Part shown: positions 29,019 through 40,280 of the stretch, in pieces
Layout: each line of letters starts with the position of its first letter
Position numbering within the stretch: the stretch's first letter is position 1
From: Sulfolobales archaeon HS-7
GTDB taxonomy: Archaea > Thermoproteota > Thermoprotei_A > Sulfolobales > Sulfolobaceae
Direction: 5' to 3'
DNA length: 64,000 bases
Assembly (NCBI GenBank): GCA_019704295.1
Contig: AP024596.1
Coordinates: 1,600,001 to 1,664,000, forward strand
Program-made: the position numbers and the translations under genes
The notes under the pieces: generated by a model
Seen by the model: only the letters and a program-made list of their open reading frames with translations
Databases searched by the model: none
What the model was told of the DNA's origin: nothing

Positions 29019-29838
29019 TTTTCACCACCTTGAGGTAGATGTCCTCTAAACTCGGAAGTTTTACCTCGAATTTTCCTTTAAGAGATTGGACGAACTCCTT
29101 TATTTTCTCCTCTTCCACGTAATGGACAGTGCCTGTTGAATAGTCTATTACCTCATATATTGTCGAGAACCTTCCCTTTATCTCAGAGGGCGTCCCACTA
29201 AGAATCACCCGTTTATTTATAAAGTATATCCTGTCAGCCAGTCTCTCAGCCTCATCTAAGTAATGGGTTGTGAGGAGCATTGTCCTACCTTCCCTCTTAA
29301 GCTCTAGGAGAAGTTCCCACACCTCCCTCCTGGCTTCAGGATCTAATCCGACTGTAGGTTCATCAAGAACGATAAATTCGGGTTCATTAACTAGAGCCAT
29401 GGCTATTAACACCCTCCTCATTAGACCACCAGATAGCTCACGAGCGATAATCCCCCTACGATCTTCAAGATCCAATTTTTTTAGGAGTTGATTAGTATTC
29501 TTCTCTGCTTCATGCTTGCTCAATCCCTTAAGTCTTCCCATGTAATACACGTTATCGAAAACCGTCAAATCGCCATACGGGTGGCAATCCTGGGGTATAA
29601 CGCCCATACGCTTTTTTATTCTTCTGTCAGTGGGCTTATTACCAAGAACTCTTATTTCTCCCTTACTAGGACGAATTTCGCCGTATATTTGCTTCACCAG
29701 GGTTGTTTTCCCGGCACCGTTAGGTCCGAGAAGTGAAACTATTTCTCCTTTTTTCAGCCTAATGGTCACATTTTCATTAGCTAGTAATTCCCCGTACCAT
29801 TTGTAAACGCCATTAGTGTAAACTATATCGTCATCCAT
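29008..29838 (-). CDS. ABC exporter ATP-binding protein
   Basis: GPNGAGKT, LSGG, LDEPT and TTHY motifs. Confidence 0.93.
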   Translation of the reverse strand: MDDDIVYTNGVYKWYGELLANENVTIRLKKGEIVSLLGPNGAGKTTLVKQIYGEIRPSKGEIRVLGNKPTDRRIKKRMGVIPQDCHPYGDLTVFDNVYYMGRLKGLSKHEAEKNTNQLLKKLDLEDRRGIIARELSGGLMRRVLIAMALVNEPEFIVLDEPTVGLDPEARREVWELLLELKREGRTMLLTTHYLDEAERLADRIYFINKRVILSGTPSEIKGRFSTIYEVIDYSTGTVHYVEEEKIKEFVQSLKGKFEVKLPSLEDIYLKVVKNDS

Positions 29839-30204
29839 AAGAGTAGTATCTTAGCAGGGGATATAAAGCGTAGAGGTAAGTTCGAATTACTTAACCTAAA
29901 GAGGAGTCAAGGTACTGCGGTGTATTTTCCCATGATACTTCGCTGTTATGATTTCGTAATGACGGAGAGTTGATAACGATAAAAATTTATAGAAGTTATA
30001 CACGAGGATACTCCTGCTAAAATCGGAGAAGAATTAGATAGATAAGCAGAATTTACCCTTTTTTCATATGCCTGAATATACAACTGTTGACGAAGCGATT
30101 ATATCAACACTAAGTAATATCATATATCATGGATAGGAGCGAAAAAATAGGAATCCTTATATTAATATCAATATTTATTATAGGATTTACTTTAATAAGA
30201 TAGA

Positions 30205-30921
30205 TCATAGATTTATACTAATTCCTCCACCGCCGAAACCGATACCTTGATTAGATCCTCCACCAGGTGGAACTTGCCTGTAAAGAGTATGTGCGAATTG
30301 TGCGACTGATATGTTGTGCACCCATACCCTTCCTGGACCAGTAATTGTGACGAAGAATAGTCCCTCTCCGCCGAAAAGCATGGACTTTATCCCGCCCACC
30401 CTTTGAATAGTGTAATTCATTCCTGTGTCAAAAGCAAGGAGGTGTCCAGCCTCTATCTGTAGGGTTTGGCCAGGTTGAAGGTTAAATGCGGAAACACCTC
30501 CTTTAGCATGTACGAAAACATTACCGGTACCGGAGAAATACGCTAGTAATATTCCTTCACCTCCGAAAATGCCGGCCAGTAACTTCCCTAGTTTAGCGCT
30601 ATACTGCACTGTAGATTCCGCAAATAGGAACGAAGTATGTTCTACGCTAAGTCCCTGTCCCTGAACTTGAATGGGTATTATCCTCCCCGGGAAATAACTT
30701 GCGAATTCTACAAAACCCGGACCAGTTAACTCCAGGACAAAGAAATCTCCTCCCGTTAAATCCCTTTCTAACGACTTTAGGATCCCTCCTCTAGCCGTAG
30801 TATTAAGCTGTACGTTAGGGTCTTTTAAAATTAAATGTCCTCCCTCTCCCCATACGGTCTCTCCAGGATTTAAAATCACTTTTACGTGTTGCATATCTGC
30901 TCCTAAAATACGATACTCCAT
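30205..30921 (-). CDS. AIM24 family protein
   Basis: Repeated FGGEG motifs and GPG.V motifs. Confidence 0.85.
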   Translation of the reverse strand: MEYRILGADMQHVKVILNPGETVWGEGGHLILKDPNVQLNTTARGGILKSLERDLTGGDFFVLELTGPGFVEFASYFPGRIIPIQVQGQGLSVEHTSFLFAESTVQYSAKLGKLLAGIFGGEGILLAYFSGTGNVFVHAKGGVSAFNLQPGQTLQIEAGHLLAFDTGMNYTIQRVGGIKSMLFGGEGLFFVTITGPGRVWVHNISVAQFAHTLYRQVPPGGGSNQGIGFGGGGISINL

Positions 30922-31552
30922 ACTTTCTATATTTACTACAACCCTATTAAAAACTTCCTATTGAACCGTATTCAATGATAGTTCTAAGCAAGGTTGAAAA
31001 TTCCAATAATCGCTTGGAAACCGTATAACTCCTAGCGAACTGCCCCCATCTTAGGGATACGGCTTCTACTACCTTGCCCAGAGTCGCACACGGACTAAGG
31101 GCATTGCCCAACATTGAACACAAATACATCGTCTTATTCAGAACCATCAATTTGGGTTTAGGTCGTGTCAGTCCCCCTCAGCTCTTGGTGAGGCTAATTT
31201 CGTCGAACCTGAGATTAATACCTTTTCTTAAACAAGCGTTTTGAGTACAGGATATTCTTACTCAAGGATAGGATACAACGTCCGCTTTGCTCGTGTAATG
31301 ATAAAGTCCTCTCAGTGAAAATGAATGCCTTCCTAGTGCGTCCCAAGGTTAAGTATACAAAAATTGTAAACATCCCCTGTTATCTCCCTTTCTGCATCGA
31401 AAGGGATTTATTCGATCCCTTGCTATTCGCTTCATGAATACGTAGTTTCAGTCATACAGTATTCAATTTGTCTATGATGCCTATATTTGGAAAATATTAC
31501 CGTGAAATTCATATCCGAAAAATATTATATCTTGTAACGATTAAATACTATT

Positions 31553-31867
31553 ATGAAGAAATGTGAAATGTGTTATGCAGACAATCCGGATGATGCAACC
31601 TATTGTATGATATGTGGATATGATTTCACAGGTTTTCAAACGCAACCTATGCAAGCTAATCAGAATCCTATACCGTTCGCCCAACAGAGCATGAATCAAA
31701 TGTCTCAACAACAAAATTTCCCGCAACCTCAGTTTCAGCAAGGGGGTTTTCAACAATATCAGGGAGGAATTACTTGCCCGCGATGTGGAACGGTAAATCC
31801 GCCCGGTGTGGAAGTTTGTGGCAGCTGTGGCGCAGAACTTAAGAAACATAAACATCATTTCCTATAG
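31553..31867 (+). CDS. Double zinc-ribbon protein with Q/P-rich linker
   Basis: CEMC..CMICG and CPRCG..CGSCG separated by a Gln-rich tract. Confidence 0.8.
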   Translation: MKKCEMCYADNPDDATYCMICGYDFTGFQTQPMQANQNPIPFAQQSMNQMSQQQNFPQPQFQQGGFQQYQGGITCPRCGTVNPPGVEVCGSCGAELKKHKHHFL

Positions 31868-32557
31868 AGCGCTAGTTTTGCAACATCAAAGGAAGCCTTT
31901 CTCATAGGAATTAGAAGACACAAGTCTTTGATTATGTAAATAAATGTTATTTACTTTATTAACTACTTCGATATGTAGGAATTCACCCCACATAATCAGG
32001 ACTATAGTACGTGGGAGTTAAGCTAGATTATACTCCTTTTCTGCCTTTCTAAACTTAAAAATACCTAGTTCTACCCTGTACAAACTTCGAACTCATTACA
32101 TTTAAAACCTCTTTTTATTTTTCATTTTCTAGAAATAAGGTTACTTATGAATAAACTCAATAAATTTACTTTATATTATCTTTCCCCGTGATTAAGCGAA
32201 TTTATTTTTGGAGAAAAGTGTTTTATAACTTTTTAGTTTATTTAGTTATTCTATGGTTACGTATTGTACACTACCCCATAAGAGAAATACAATCCTCCCC
32301 TCCCTTTTAGCAACTACTTATGAAACATAGATTCTGGCTAAACGCTAGTGCTTTTAGAGGGTTTATAGCGTTAGACAAAGGATATAGCACTAAATCGTGG
32401 TCTAAGAACTTTTCCAAAACACTAGTACTCTTGTTCCGTTTTCTGTTAGCTTAATCCTAATTTTTGGAGACAAGACACACTAATAATGTCTTACTGACAT
32501 ACGATTCTCTGACAACGCATTGTAGAAAACATGATTCTCAGGCTAGTCTCTTTTTTT

Positions 32558-33355
32558 CTATGTCCTTACTAAAATCATGGACACTACTATTAATGCACAC
32601 CCTATCAACTGCGTTAAGTTAAGCCTATCACCAAGAATAGGCCACGCTAAAACAATAGTGAATACCGGTTCAAGAGAACTAGCTATTGAGGCTACTAACG
32701 GACCAGAGCGCTTCATACCCGCGAAAAACAATAAATAAGCAATCAACGACGATACAAGACCCAGATAAATACCTGCTGCAATTGCGCTAACTGAGAAGTC
32801 TGGGTACAACACAGAAAGCGGAGCTGAACTGAGAGATGCCCATAAAAGGGATATTGCAATAATCTCTAAATCCTTAAATCCCTTTTTTTGTAGGGAATTA
32901 GAGTGTACAATTAATAACGCATATGTTAATCCAGATAAGAGACCTAGTGCCACCCCCTCAACAGTTATGGCGGGAACGTCCATTACCAAATATGCTCCAA
33001 TCAAGACCATTACCGTAGGTATAATCATTGCTATTCTTTTCGTTTTAGCTAAAAAAAAGATCCAAATGGGCGCAGTATACAGCATTACCGCAGATAGTGA
33101 TGCGCCTATCACCGTTATAGAGTACATGTAAATCTCTTCAAAAATTGTCGTCGTAGCTATACCGAGTAGAATGAGATCTTTAGAGAAAATATTTCTCCTA
33201 TCCTTAAGAATTACAATCCCTACAATGCCTCCCGTTAGACTTCTTATAAACGCCTCTACAAATGGACTGTTAGTTTCCTGAACTACGATCCCTATAGTTC
33301 CCCATAATAAAGATGCTAGGATTAAATAGTGAATACCACTATTTCTATAGTCCAC
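32558..33355 (-). CDS. DMT/EamA family transporter
   Basis: About 10 TM segments; LLWG, LYTAPIW and LEPVF motifs. Confidence 0.87.
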   Translation of the reverse strand: MDYRNSGIHYLILASLLWGTIGIVVQETNSPFVEAFIRSLTGGIVGIVILKDRRNIFSKDLILLGIATTTIFEEIYMYSITVIGASLSAVMLYTAPIWIFFLAKTKRIAMIIPTVMVLIGAYLVMDVPAITVEGVALGLLSGLTYALLIVHSNSLQKKGFKDLEIIAISLLWASLSSAPLSVLYPDFSVSAIAAGIYLGLVSSLIAYLLFFAGMKRSGPLVASIASSLEPVFTIVLAWPILGDRLNLTQLIGCALIVVSMILVRT

Positions 33356-33409
33356 TCTCTATGCTGTTTAATGTCAACATAATATCTTTAACTAGCAAAT
33401 ATAGTGAGA

Positions 33410-33570
33410 GGGCAATTCAGGTTTCTATTGCGAACTGGAATTATGGCAAATGGTAATTAAATATGGGAAATCGTTAAGTGCGAATCCCTACTAGTCCATA
33501 ATATAACATCTAATTAAATTCATCTGATTTTTCTAAATAAACTGAATTCGCAATGACGCGTGAACGGCCC
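33410..33570 (-). repeat. Dispersed ~160-bp intergenic repeat, copy C (inverted)
   Basis: Reverse complement reads GGGCCGTTCACGCGTCATTGCGAATTCAGTTTATTTAGAAAA...TAGGGATTCGCACTTAA...TTTGCCATAATT...CCTGAATT. Confidence 0.8.
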
Positions 33571-33803
33571 TCCACTAGTATTAACTTGTAAAATATAACA
33601 GATTTTGACTAAACATATCATATCGTCACGCCTCTCGTGTTAACTTAATCCTATATTTCTATACACGGATTACCCTGAAAATGTCTTACGAACGAGATTT
33701 TACGGCGAAACAAGACAGAGATTTCCCTATTTTACACCTCAACATGTTGAATAATAGAAAAAGGTGTAATTAAAAAATCTCAATACTTATGCTCTTTAGT
33801 CGA

Positions 33804-36026
33804 TTATCTCCTACTAAAGATTAGGACTATGGCTACGATCACGAAGATGACGATAACTACGATGACTATTAACAGAGGATTGAAGGAACTTCTTGAAGTC
33901 GTTACAGGTGGTTTAGTGAAGGTAGTCGAGGGAGTGGTCGAAATGGTCTGAGACGGCTGGGTCTGCGATGTACTCTGGGTAGTAGTTTGCGTTGAACTCT
34001 GGGTTTGCTGAGATGTTGTCTGCGTTGAACTCTGGGTGGTAGTTTGCGTTATCTCTCGTGTGAGCGACAATAAGTTAAAGTAAGTTAGGGTTGGATATCC
34101 TACTAGTGAGGCAGAAGACGTCACTACAAGACATCCAGTTTGAGGGTTTATCGTCCACGCCTCTGGAGTTCCCTTTATCGTGATGGTGGAGACGAAGTAA
34201 GATCCGTAGGGGTAAAAGACCTTTATCTTACCGTTACCATTTACGCCTCCTATTAGGTAAATTAGCTTATTCACGGGGTTGTACAGGAGCATGATGGGGG
34301 TGAAACCCAGAGATACGTTGTACACTATCGTGTCGGTATTAGGGTTAATCGCGTAAAAACACGAGGGATTTTCTGTCGTCACGTAAATATAGCTCGTGTT
34401 GGGATCGTAAACTACATTCACAGGATAAAGGGCCTTAACGCTGATGTTACCAATCTTGTCTCCGTTTCTTGCGTTTATTACGCAAATTTGCGTAGTTGCC
34501 AAGTATAAATTGCCGTTGTTAGGATCGTAAGCCATTTCCGAGGGAGAAGTAGTCGTGTTTACATCGTAGATCACTGAGTTCGTGGTAGTGTTTATCCCCA
34601 CTACTCCAGAGGAGGTGCTCACTACTACCTCGTTCAGGGAGGGAATGTAGTCCACGCACTGAGAGTTAGCGTCGCTGGGGGAATAGGAGATGTTGGTAAC
34701 TACTGAGTCGGTTATGGGATTAAATACTACTATCTCGTTGTAGTAAAGTCCTATGTAGAGGTAGCCGTTCTCGGGATCACATGCTATTGACGTTACGTGA
34801 CCGTTAAAGGGCCCGATAAGTTTTACAATCCTCATGGGGGATAGCTGCTCCTCAAAGAGGTAGTTAGAATAAGGCATCCCTAAGTATAACATGGAATTCC
34901 TTATATCGAATACCACGGAGTCGGGGGTTACGGGATAGGGGTTCGCGAAACCGATTATGCTGTTAGTTACGGGGTTAACCTCAGCGATCAAGAAGAGGTT
35001 CTCGGCGTCAAGGAAAACTAGATTGGCTTGCGGATCGTAAGCCATACTGCTGGAAACAGTGGGAAGCACAGGAATTTTCGCTATTACACTCGTGGTATTT
35101 GCGTTTATCACCCAAGTGCCGTTATTCGTACGAGCGTATATTTCTCCATTAGGCAATGCCATCGCTAGTTCAGTGATGGGAACTTGCAAGTTAGTGGGAG
35201 TTACAGCCCCCGTTAAAGCGTTAACCACATCCACAGTGCAGTTCCCGTAAGTGTGATTCCCCAAGAAAACGTAAAGGTTATCCTTATAATACGTCATTGC
35301 AAATCCGGGTGAAGTATTGGCGACTAAGGTCAAGTTTAGATCGGATGGATTTACGGAGTAAATTTGTCCTAAAGTTTCATTCCGATCCATGAATACGAAC
35401 AGCTTATTTATGTAATTATCGTAAACTATGGAAGTTAGATAAGTGTGGAACCCAGAGGATGATATGTTCTCCATCGTGATTGAGTAATTGTTAGTATTTA
35501 CAGCAACTATCGCATTCGGAAAACCGACGAGAGATTTCTTCGCGAGAAAGTAAATTTCACCGTTTGAGGTGTCTGCAACTGCCCTAGATAATTGATAACC
35601 AAGTTTGAGATTGCTTAGCGAGTTTACTGCCTTTATTACCTTAGTACCGTTAAAGATGCAGAACGTAAAGGAAGTTTGGACGTAAAGTAGCGAATCCTGC
35701 TCATCGAAGAAAATGTATTTTATTGAAGCGTTTGTACTAATGAAATAGTTCGAATCGTTATTGAGATAAGTTATGGTAAAACCTTGCGAACCGTATCGAT
35801 AGGTTATAATTGCGTTAAGAACGGGGTCGTAAAGGATACTTGAGTATAAGAAGTTGAAACTCTGTTGACAGAACTCAGTTAACTTGTAGGAGACTAAATT
35901 ACTGTTATAAGTTGAATTCGTACTATTTTGGGCAACAGCGTAAACCGGTGTAATAGAAAGCACTATGAAAGTAATGGCAAGAAGGGCTTTAACCAAATTA
36001 TTACACTCTATTTTCTCCATTTTCAT
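33804..36026 (-). CDS. YVTN/YncE-type beta-propeller surface protein with S/T/Q linker and C-terminal membrane anchor
   Basis: Signal peptide; repeated YDP.N..LY/INP.TNS motifs; TQTTTQSS tract; C-terminal TM followed by RR. Confidence 0.85.
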   Translation of the reverse strand: MKMEKIECNNLVKALLAITFIVLSITPVYAVAQNSTNSTYNSNLVSYKLTEFCQQSFNFLYSSILYDPVLNAIITYRYGSQGFTITYLNNDSNYFISTNASIKYIFFDEQDSLLYVQTSFTFCIFNGTKVIKAVNSLSNLKLGYQLSRAVADTSNGEIYFLAKKSLVGFPNAIVAVNTNNYSITMENISSSGFHTYLTSIVYDNYINKLFVFMDRNETLGQIYSVNPSDLNLTLVANTSPGFAMTYYKDNLYVFLGNHTYGNCTVDVVNALTGAVTPTNLQVPITELAMALPNGEIYARTNNGTWVINANTTSVIAKIPVLPTVSSSMAYDPQANLVFLDAENLFLIAEVNPVTNSIIGFANPYPVTPDSVVFDIRNSMLYLGMPYSNYLFEEQLSPMRIVKLIGPFNGHVTSIACDPENGYLYIGLYYNEIVVFNPITDSVVTNISYSPSDANSQCVDYIPSLNEVVVSTSSGVVGINTTTNSVIYDVNTTTSPSEMAYDPNNGNLYLATTQICVINARNGDKIGNISVKALYPVNVVYDPNTSYIYVTTENPSCFYAINPNTDTIVYNVSLGFTPIMLLYNPVNKLIYLIGGVNGNGKIKVFYPYGSYFVSTITIKGTPEAWTINPQTGCLVVTSSASLVGYPTLTYFNLLSLTREITQTTTQSSTQTTSQQTQSSTQTTTQSTSQTQPSQTISTTPSTTFTKPPVTTSRSSFNPLLIVIVVIVIFVIVAIVLIFSRR

Positions 36027-36169
36027 AAGAGAAACACGAGGTACTTAGATATAAAGTTTGTCAAATTTCTGAGTCTGAGACAAATTAATTTAATGGGTTC
36101 CAAATTTACATATGATTTCAGGATTTTTAATCTAATGCTTTAGACCACAGTATGTCGTGAATTACGACC

Positions 36170-36800
36170 TTTGTTAGGAACGTCAAGTGGATCCTCTCTT
36201 ATCGACCCTGTTTATGATACGCCCTGTCCTCCTTAAAGGAGATCGGGGACTCTGTTCTCAGGCTTGACTCCTTTATTCCAATGGGCTAATGAACCTCAAT
36301 GTCATCTCGACATCTTCCCTCCATCGATCGTTAAGTTAGATTTAGGTTAAATAGACCTCGGAATTATAGAAGTCGTCAAGTGCAGACTTGCCGTAGTACT
36401 TGTCAACCCTCAAGGAGTCAACTTGCACGGTAAAATCCCTCAGAAACTAGAGGGCCTCGTAAGCCTCTCGCTCTTGAGCGAGTAACTAAGCGATTAAGTT
36501 ACTGCCTAGGTAATGAAGAGTACGCGAAGTGCTTTCCTTTTTTTCACCTCTTTCCCGGACTTCTCACCTTCTTCCAGTAATGCTCACTAGGGAATAGCCT
36601 GTCCATTGACGAAGTCCACTACGCTCTTTGAGAGCATGTTGTAAAGCACAAGGAAAAACATTAAACAAGTCTCTCTACCGTCTTGTAGCTTATCTCCTGC
36701 TTTGTTAGTCACGCTAGTCCTGTGCTTCCCTGTTGGCCTAGGTATTGATTATTGGTACGCCCTGGGGGTTAACTTGCTCTTCCTCCCTTGTTTTCCCATG
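36170..36800 (-). pseudogene. Degraded DDE transposase remnant, probably IS5 family
   Basis: Fragments such as HYWKKVR and VDKYYGKSALD (cf. YGD.AYD) with many stops; limits approximate. Confidence 0.4.
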
Positions 36801-37028
36801 TTTACATGAACTTCCCCTCATTGTGTGACGCCCTAACTCTTTACCGAGGCTTAACCTAGTTAACCTCTTCCCTTTCCTCAATCTCCACCTTACCTACCCT
36901 ACTCTCCTTTTGCGGTGATCAAGTCCTCTATTGACTCCTTGAAGTCCTCGAAGTCCTTCTGAGTCAACTTCTTGTTTACGTGTTCGAAATGGGAAGTAAG
37001 GATTACTTAGAGTTTTTGCTACAGAGTC

Positions 37029-37088
37029 ATAAGGGGGCTATCCATCCCCTTACGGAATGGGACTTTCGTCCCCTTAACCTCCATAAAG
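37029..37088 (-). mobile_element. Solo IS200/IS605 left end
   Basis: ATAAGGGGGCTATCC...GGGACTTTCG.CCCCTTAACC.CCATAAAG matches 60828-60883; flanked by the same TTTAA motif (37089-37093, - strand). Confidence 0.8.
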
Positions 37089-37198
37089 TTAAATAGAGTA
37101 ATACCCCACACATTTAATATACTGTATTATAAAAACTTATAATTTAAATCAAACTAAACGTAAGTTATGAATAGTCGCCAGGACAAAATACATTCACT

Positions 37199-38239
37199 TT
37201 ATATTAACAAAGTCGAAAACTGGTTAGTAAGTATTGTAAGCGTCTCTGTACCTTCGTAAGCGGTTGGTACGCCATTTACTAGTGTATCGTGAACGTTATA
37301 CGAACTCTCCCCTGTATCAGAGCCAAAGGTGTAAAGTGAAGGCATTGGCGTTACCTTTCCAGTAGAATTAAGGTAATATAGCCCCAATGTGTCATTTAGA
37401 TATACGAATTGAGTCGGAGCCCCATTACCGCCACCACCCCACACGAGTTCCGCATCGTAGTAAAGACCGTCTGGTGTGTATGTATTGCCGTTAACCACTA
37501 TATCTGCTGACTTTACATCAGCCTGGGTAATAGTTACCTCATCGTAGTATTGGACCTGTCCTGTAGACTTAGTATTGCCATTCTGTAAAAGCTCGTACCC
37601 AAACCATATGTGTAAAGACGTAGCGGTATAAGACACGTTAATTACGTAGACGTAGACGAAGGGGAAGGTATATGTATAAGAAGGGCCTACATCGTAATAA
37701 AACGTAGTTCCTGAACCCGCAGATGCTACCTTTCCATTACCAGACACAGCAGAAGATGAAAGTACTGACGGATTACCAGTTAAGTTCCATATGTTATCTA
37801 TGAAGGTTAGCTGATCTTTATTTGTCTGAAAACTTCCCACGTCTTGTAACCAATAAGCAAAAGTTCCTGACGACGTGTTCACCTGTAAAACCACGTTCAT
37901 TTGAAGAGTTGCTGAGTACAGATTTACTCCGTATCTTCTAGCCTGCTTATAATAGGCTAGCAAATTGCTTATATTCGTATATCCGATAACTTCATTAGTG
38001 CTTATAATATAAGGCGTGATTTTTCCTGAATAATTAAATAAACCGAATGAGGCTATTCCTCCCGGTGCTGGGGGAGAGGAGTAGTAAAGATAGGGATTAA
38101 CATACTGAGTTACAGTGTGATGTTTTCCGTGAACGGGAGGAAACATTACAACAACTTGCGTTGAAGTTAATGAAAAAAAGTAAACTGGAGTTATGGCCAT
38201 TATGGCCAACATTATTAAACCTGATATCCTCATTGCCAT
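37199..38239 (-). CDS. Thermopsin-family (A5) acid protease
   Basis: PAP.GIA.FG, TLQMNVVL, YWLQD, FIDNIWN, DAELVWGGGGNG and FGSDTGE motifs. Confidence 0.92.
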   Translation of the reverse strand: MAMRISGLIMLAIMAITPVYFFSLTSTQVVVMFPPVHGKHHTVTQYVNPYLYYSSPPAPGGIASFGLFNYSGKITPYIISTNEVIGYTNISNLLAYYKQARRYGVNLYSATLQMNVVLQVNTSSGTFAYWLQDVGSFQTNKDQLTFIDNIWNLTGNPSVLSSSAVSGNGKVASAGSGTTFYYDVGPSYTYTFPFVYVYVINVSYTATSLHIWFGYELLQNGNTKSTGQVQYYDEVTITQADVKSADIVVNGNTYTPDGLYYDAELVWGGGGNGAPTQFVYLNDTLGLYYLNSTGKVTPMPSLYTFGSDTGESSYNVHDTLVNGVPTAYEGTETLTILTNQFSTLLI

Positions 38240-38521
38240 TTCGTGCCTTTTTTACTATAAAAAATTTTCTATATCTAGCCTGGCCTATCTAGGAAACTTT
38301 ATCAATTTTCATAGATTGCCTCGGCATTTGTAGATACATTTCATCTTAACCGGGTTAAGGAGCGGAAGACCTGTAAGGTTAGTCCTCATTAGAAATGGAA
38401 AGCGCCTTTTTGAATTAGACGTAACTAACAGGTATTTAAATGATCTTGCTGGAATTGAAAATCTTCAATTACTTTCCGTTTATCTTCTAAAACCTTTTGC
38501 AACTCAGGAAAGGGGTGACGG

Positions 38522-39079
38522 CTATCGAAATTCCCTTACCGAAAGAGTTTTCTTAACCTCTCGTAAAGTAGGACACTTAGAGTCCTTTTCACTAACTATT
38601 GCATCATTAATAGGCCACTTAATATTAATCTCCTCATCTCTCCAATTTACACACGCCTCATCTGAAGGCGAGTACTCGTTATGAGTAACCATATATATTA
38701 CATAACTATCCTCTAGTGCTTGGAAGCCGTGGGCTAAACCTGGAGGAATATAGAACAATTTTCCATCTCCTTCGCTCAACTCGATTGAAGCGTATTTACC
38801 GAAATTGTCATCGGATGATAATCCCACTGCGACGTCAAAAATACGACCTTTTACTACCATTATCGTTTTCCCTTGAGCTTTACTCCCTCTTTGAAAATGA
38901 AGACCCCTTATTACCCCTCTCTTCGAAAAGCTCATATTAATCTGGACTGGAGGTTCTATTCCGTAATTTACTAATTCTCTACTCTTATATACCTCCTCAA
39001 AGTAACCGCGTATATCGGGGTAGATCGTCGAGTAGATTACCTTAGTTCCAAGAAGGTGATTCTCTACTTTGAAAGGCAT
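38522..39079 (-). CDS. rfbC: dTDP-4-dehydrorhamnose 3,5-epimerase
   Basis: D.RGYF, RGLHFQ and AHGFQAL motifs. Confidence 0.92.
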   Translation of the reverse strand: MPFKVENHLLGTKVIYSTIYPDIRGYFEEVYKSRELVNYGIEPPVQINMSFSKRGVIRGLHFQRGSKAQGKTIMVVKGRIFDVAVGLSSDDNFGKYASIELSEGDGKLFYIPPGLAHGFQALEDSYVIYMVTHNEYSPSDEACVNWRDEEINIKWPINDAIVSEKDSKCPTLREVKKTLSVREFR

Positions 39080-39090
39080 TTCACAAGACC

Positions 39091-40026
39091 CTAAATTTCC
39101 TGGAATCCCCTTATAGGTCTAACTCCTCTGACTTCTAAGAGGTACAATTTACTCTCCTCAATTGCCCACTCCAGGTTTACGGGCTTATTGAAGATCTTCT
39201 CTACCTCTAGCGACATCTCCGCAACGGAAAGAACTTGATTATGGGAAAGGCTAGGTTCCATTGATTTAGGATTCGGTACTCTCACAACTTTCTTACTTTC
39301 GAAATCGAGTTTAACCGCCATTCTCTTTTCAGATATGCGCGACACCACACTTTTAGTATATTTGCTAACTTCATACTGATCTGGTGTAACCAATCCTTCT
39401 GTAATCGCCTCGCCCATTCCGTGGGAACTCTCTATCAGAATTATTGACTCGTCCAAGGTGATCGGATGTTTTGTAAAGGAAGTTCCTGCGCTATCCGCGT
39501 TAACCATTTTCTGAATTAAGAGGGAAATAGGTTCGCTTCTACCGACACCTATTCTGTACGCAATTGCGCGCGGACTAAAGTAACTAGCAATAGAACGCTT
39601 AATTGCCTGAATTAATTCTCCCTCTGATACGAAGAGCATTGTCTGATATTCACCAGCGAAGCTTTCTCCACCCATCGGATATGATACGGTCGGTCTAACA
39701 GCTACGTAATTCAGGCCCATCTTTTTGTAAGTATCGAGTATCTCCGTTTGAATTTTTTCAGGGAACTCTAAGGACATTAACTTCTGATTTATTAAAAATG
39801 TCCGTCTCTCTAAGTCTCCCTGATCGTTTAAATTCACTCCTGAGAGTATATCCTCGATTTCTTGACTTAATGGTTTTATGATTTCCCTGAATGCCTCCGT
39901 AGTTACCACGAATCCGTCGGGAACAGTTAAGCCCACGTTTATCATTTCACCAAGGTATGCGCTTTTTCTCCCGACAAGGGAGATCATGTTTACTCCACAT
40001 TCCTTTAAGGGTACGATATAACTCAT
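39091..40026 (-). CDS. Stand-alone PEP synthase/PPDK N-terminal nucleotide-binding domain protein
   Basis: VPDGFVVTT, SFAGE, GMGEA, PDQY and EWAI motifs; ends before any His or PEP-binding domain. Confidence 0.82.
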   Translation of the reverse strand: MSYIVPLKECGVNMISLVGRKSAYLGEMINVGLTVPDGFVVTTEAFREIIKPLSQEIEDILSGVNLNDQGDLERRTFLINQKLMSLEFPEKIQTEILDTYKKMGLNYVAVRPTVSYPMGGESFAGEYQTMLFVSEGELIQAIKRSIASYFSPRAIAYRIGVGRSEPISLLIQKMVNADSAGTSFTKHPITLDESIILIESSHGMGEAITEGLVTPDQYEVSKYTKSVVSRISEKRMAVKLDFESKKVVRVPNPKSMEPSLSHNQVLSVAEMSLEVEKIFNKPVNLEWAIEESKLYLLEVRGVRPIRGFQEI

Positions 40027-40113
40027 ATAATAATCTCCACTCGTAAGTAATTATGTATTTCCTATTTCACAACTTATCGAAATTTTTATCACTCTTAGAT
40101 AGCCGAAACACTC

Positions 40114-40266
40114 CGGGTCCTTAGCGAATTCAGTTTTCTTAAAGGATAGAGACGAATTTAATTGAATATTATTGCATCCGTAGGGGGTTTTTAGACTCGG
40201 TGGTTTACTTTATTATACTATCTTTTTTACGAATTGTAATTCGTAAAAGAACCCTGAATCATCCTA
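40114..40266 (+). repeat. Dispersed ~160-bp intergenic repeat, copy D
   Basis: CGGGTCCTTAGCGAATTCAGTTT, GAATTTAATTGAAT, TTGTAATTCG and ACCCTGAAT. Confidence 0.75.
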
Positions 40267-40280
40267 CCCTTGAACTACTT

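Noticed and set aside
33930-34050. Repetitive DNA in the beta-propeller gene
   Set aside because: Ordinary S/T/Q-rich stalk of a membrane-anchored surface protein
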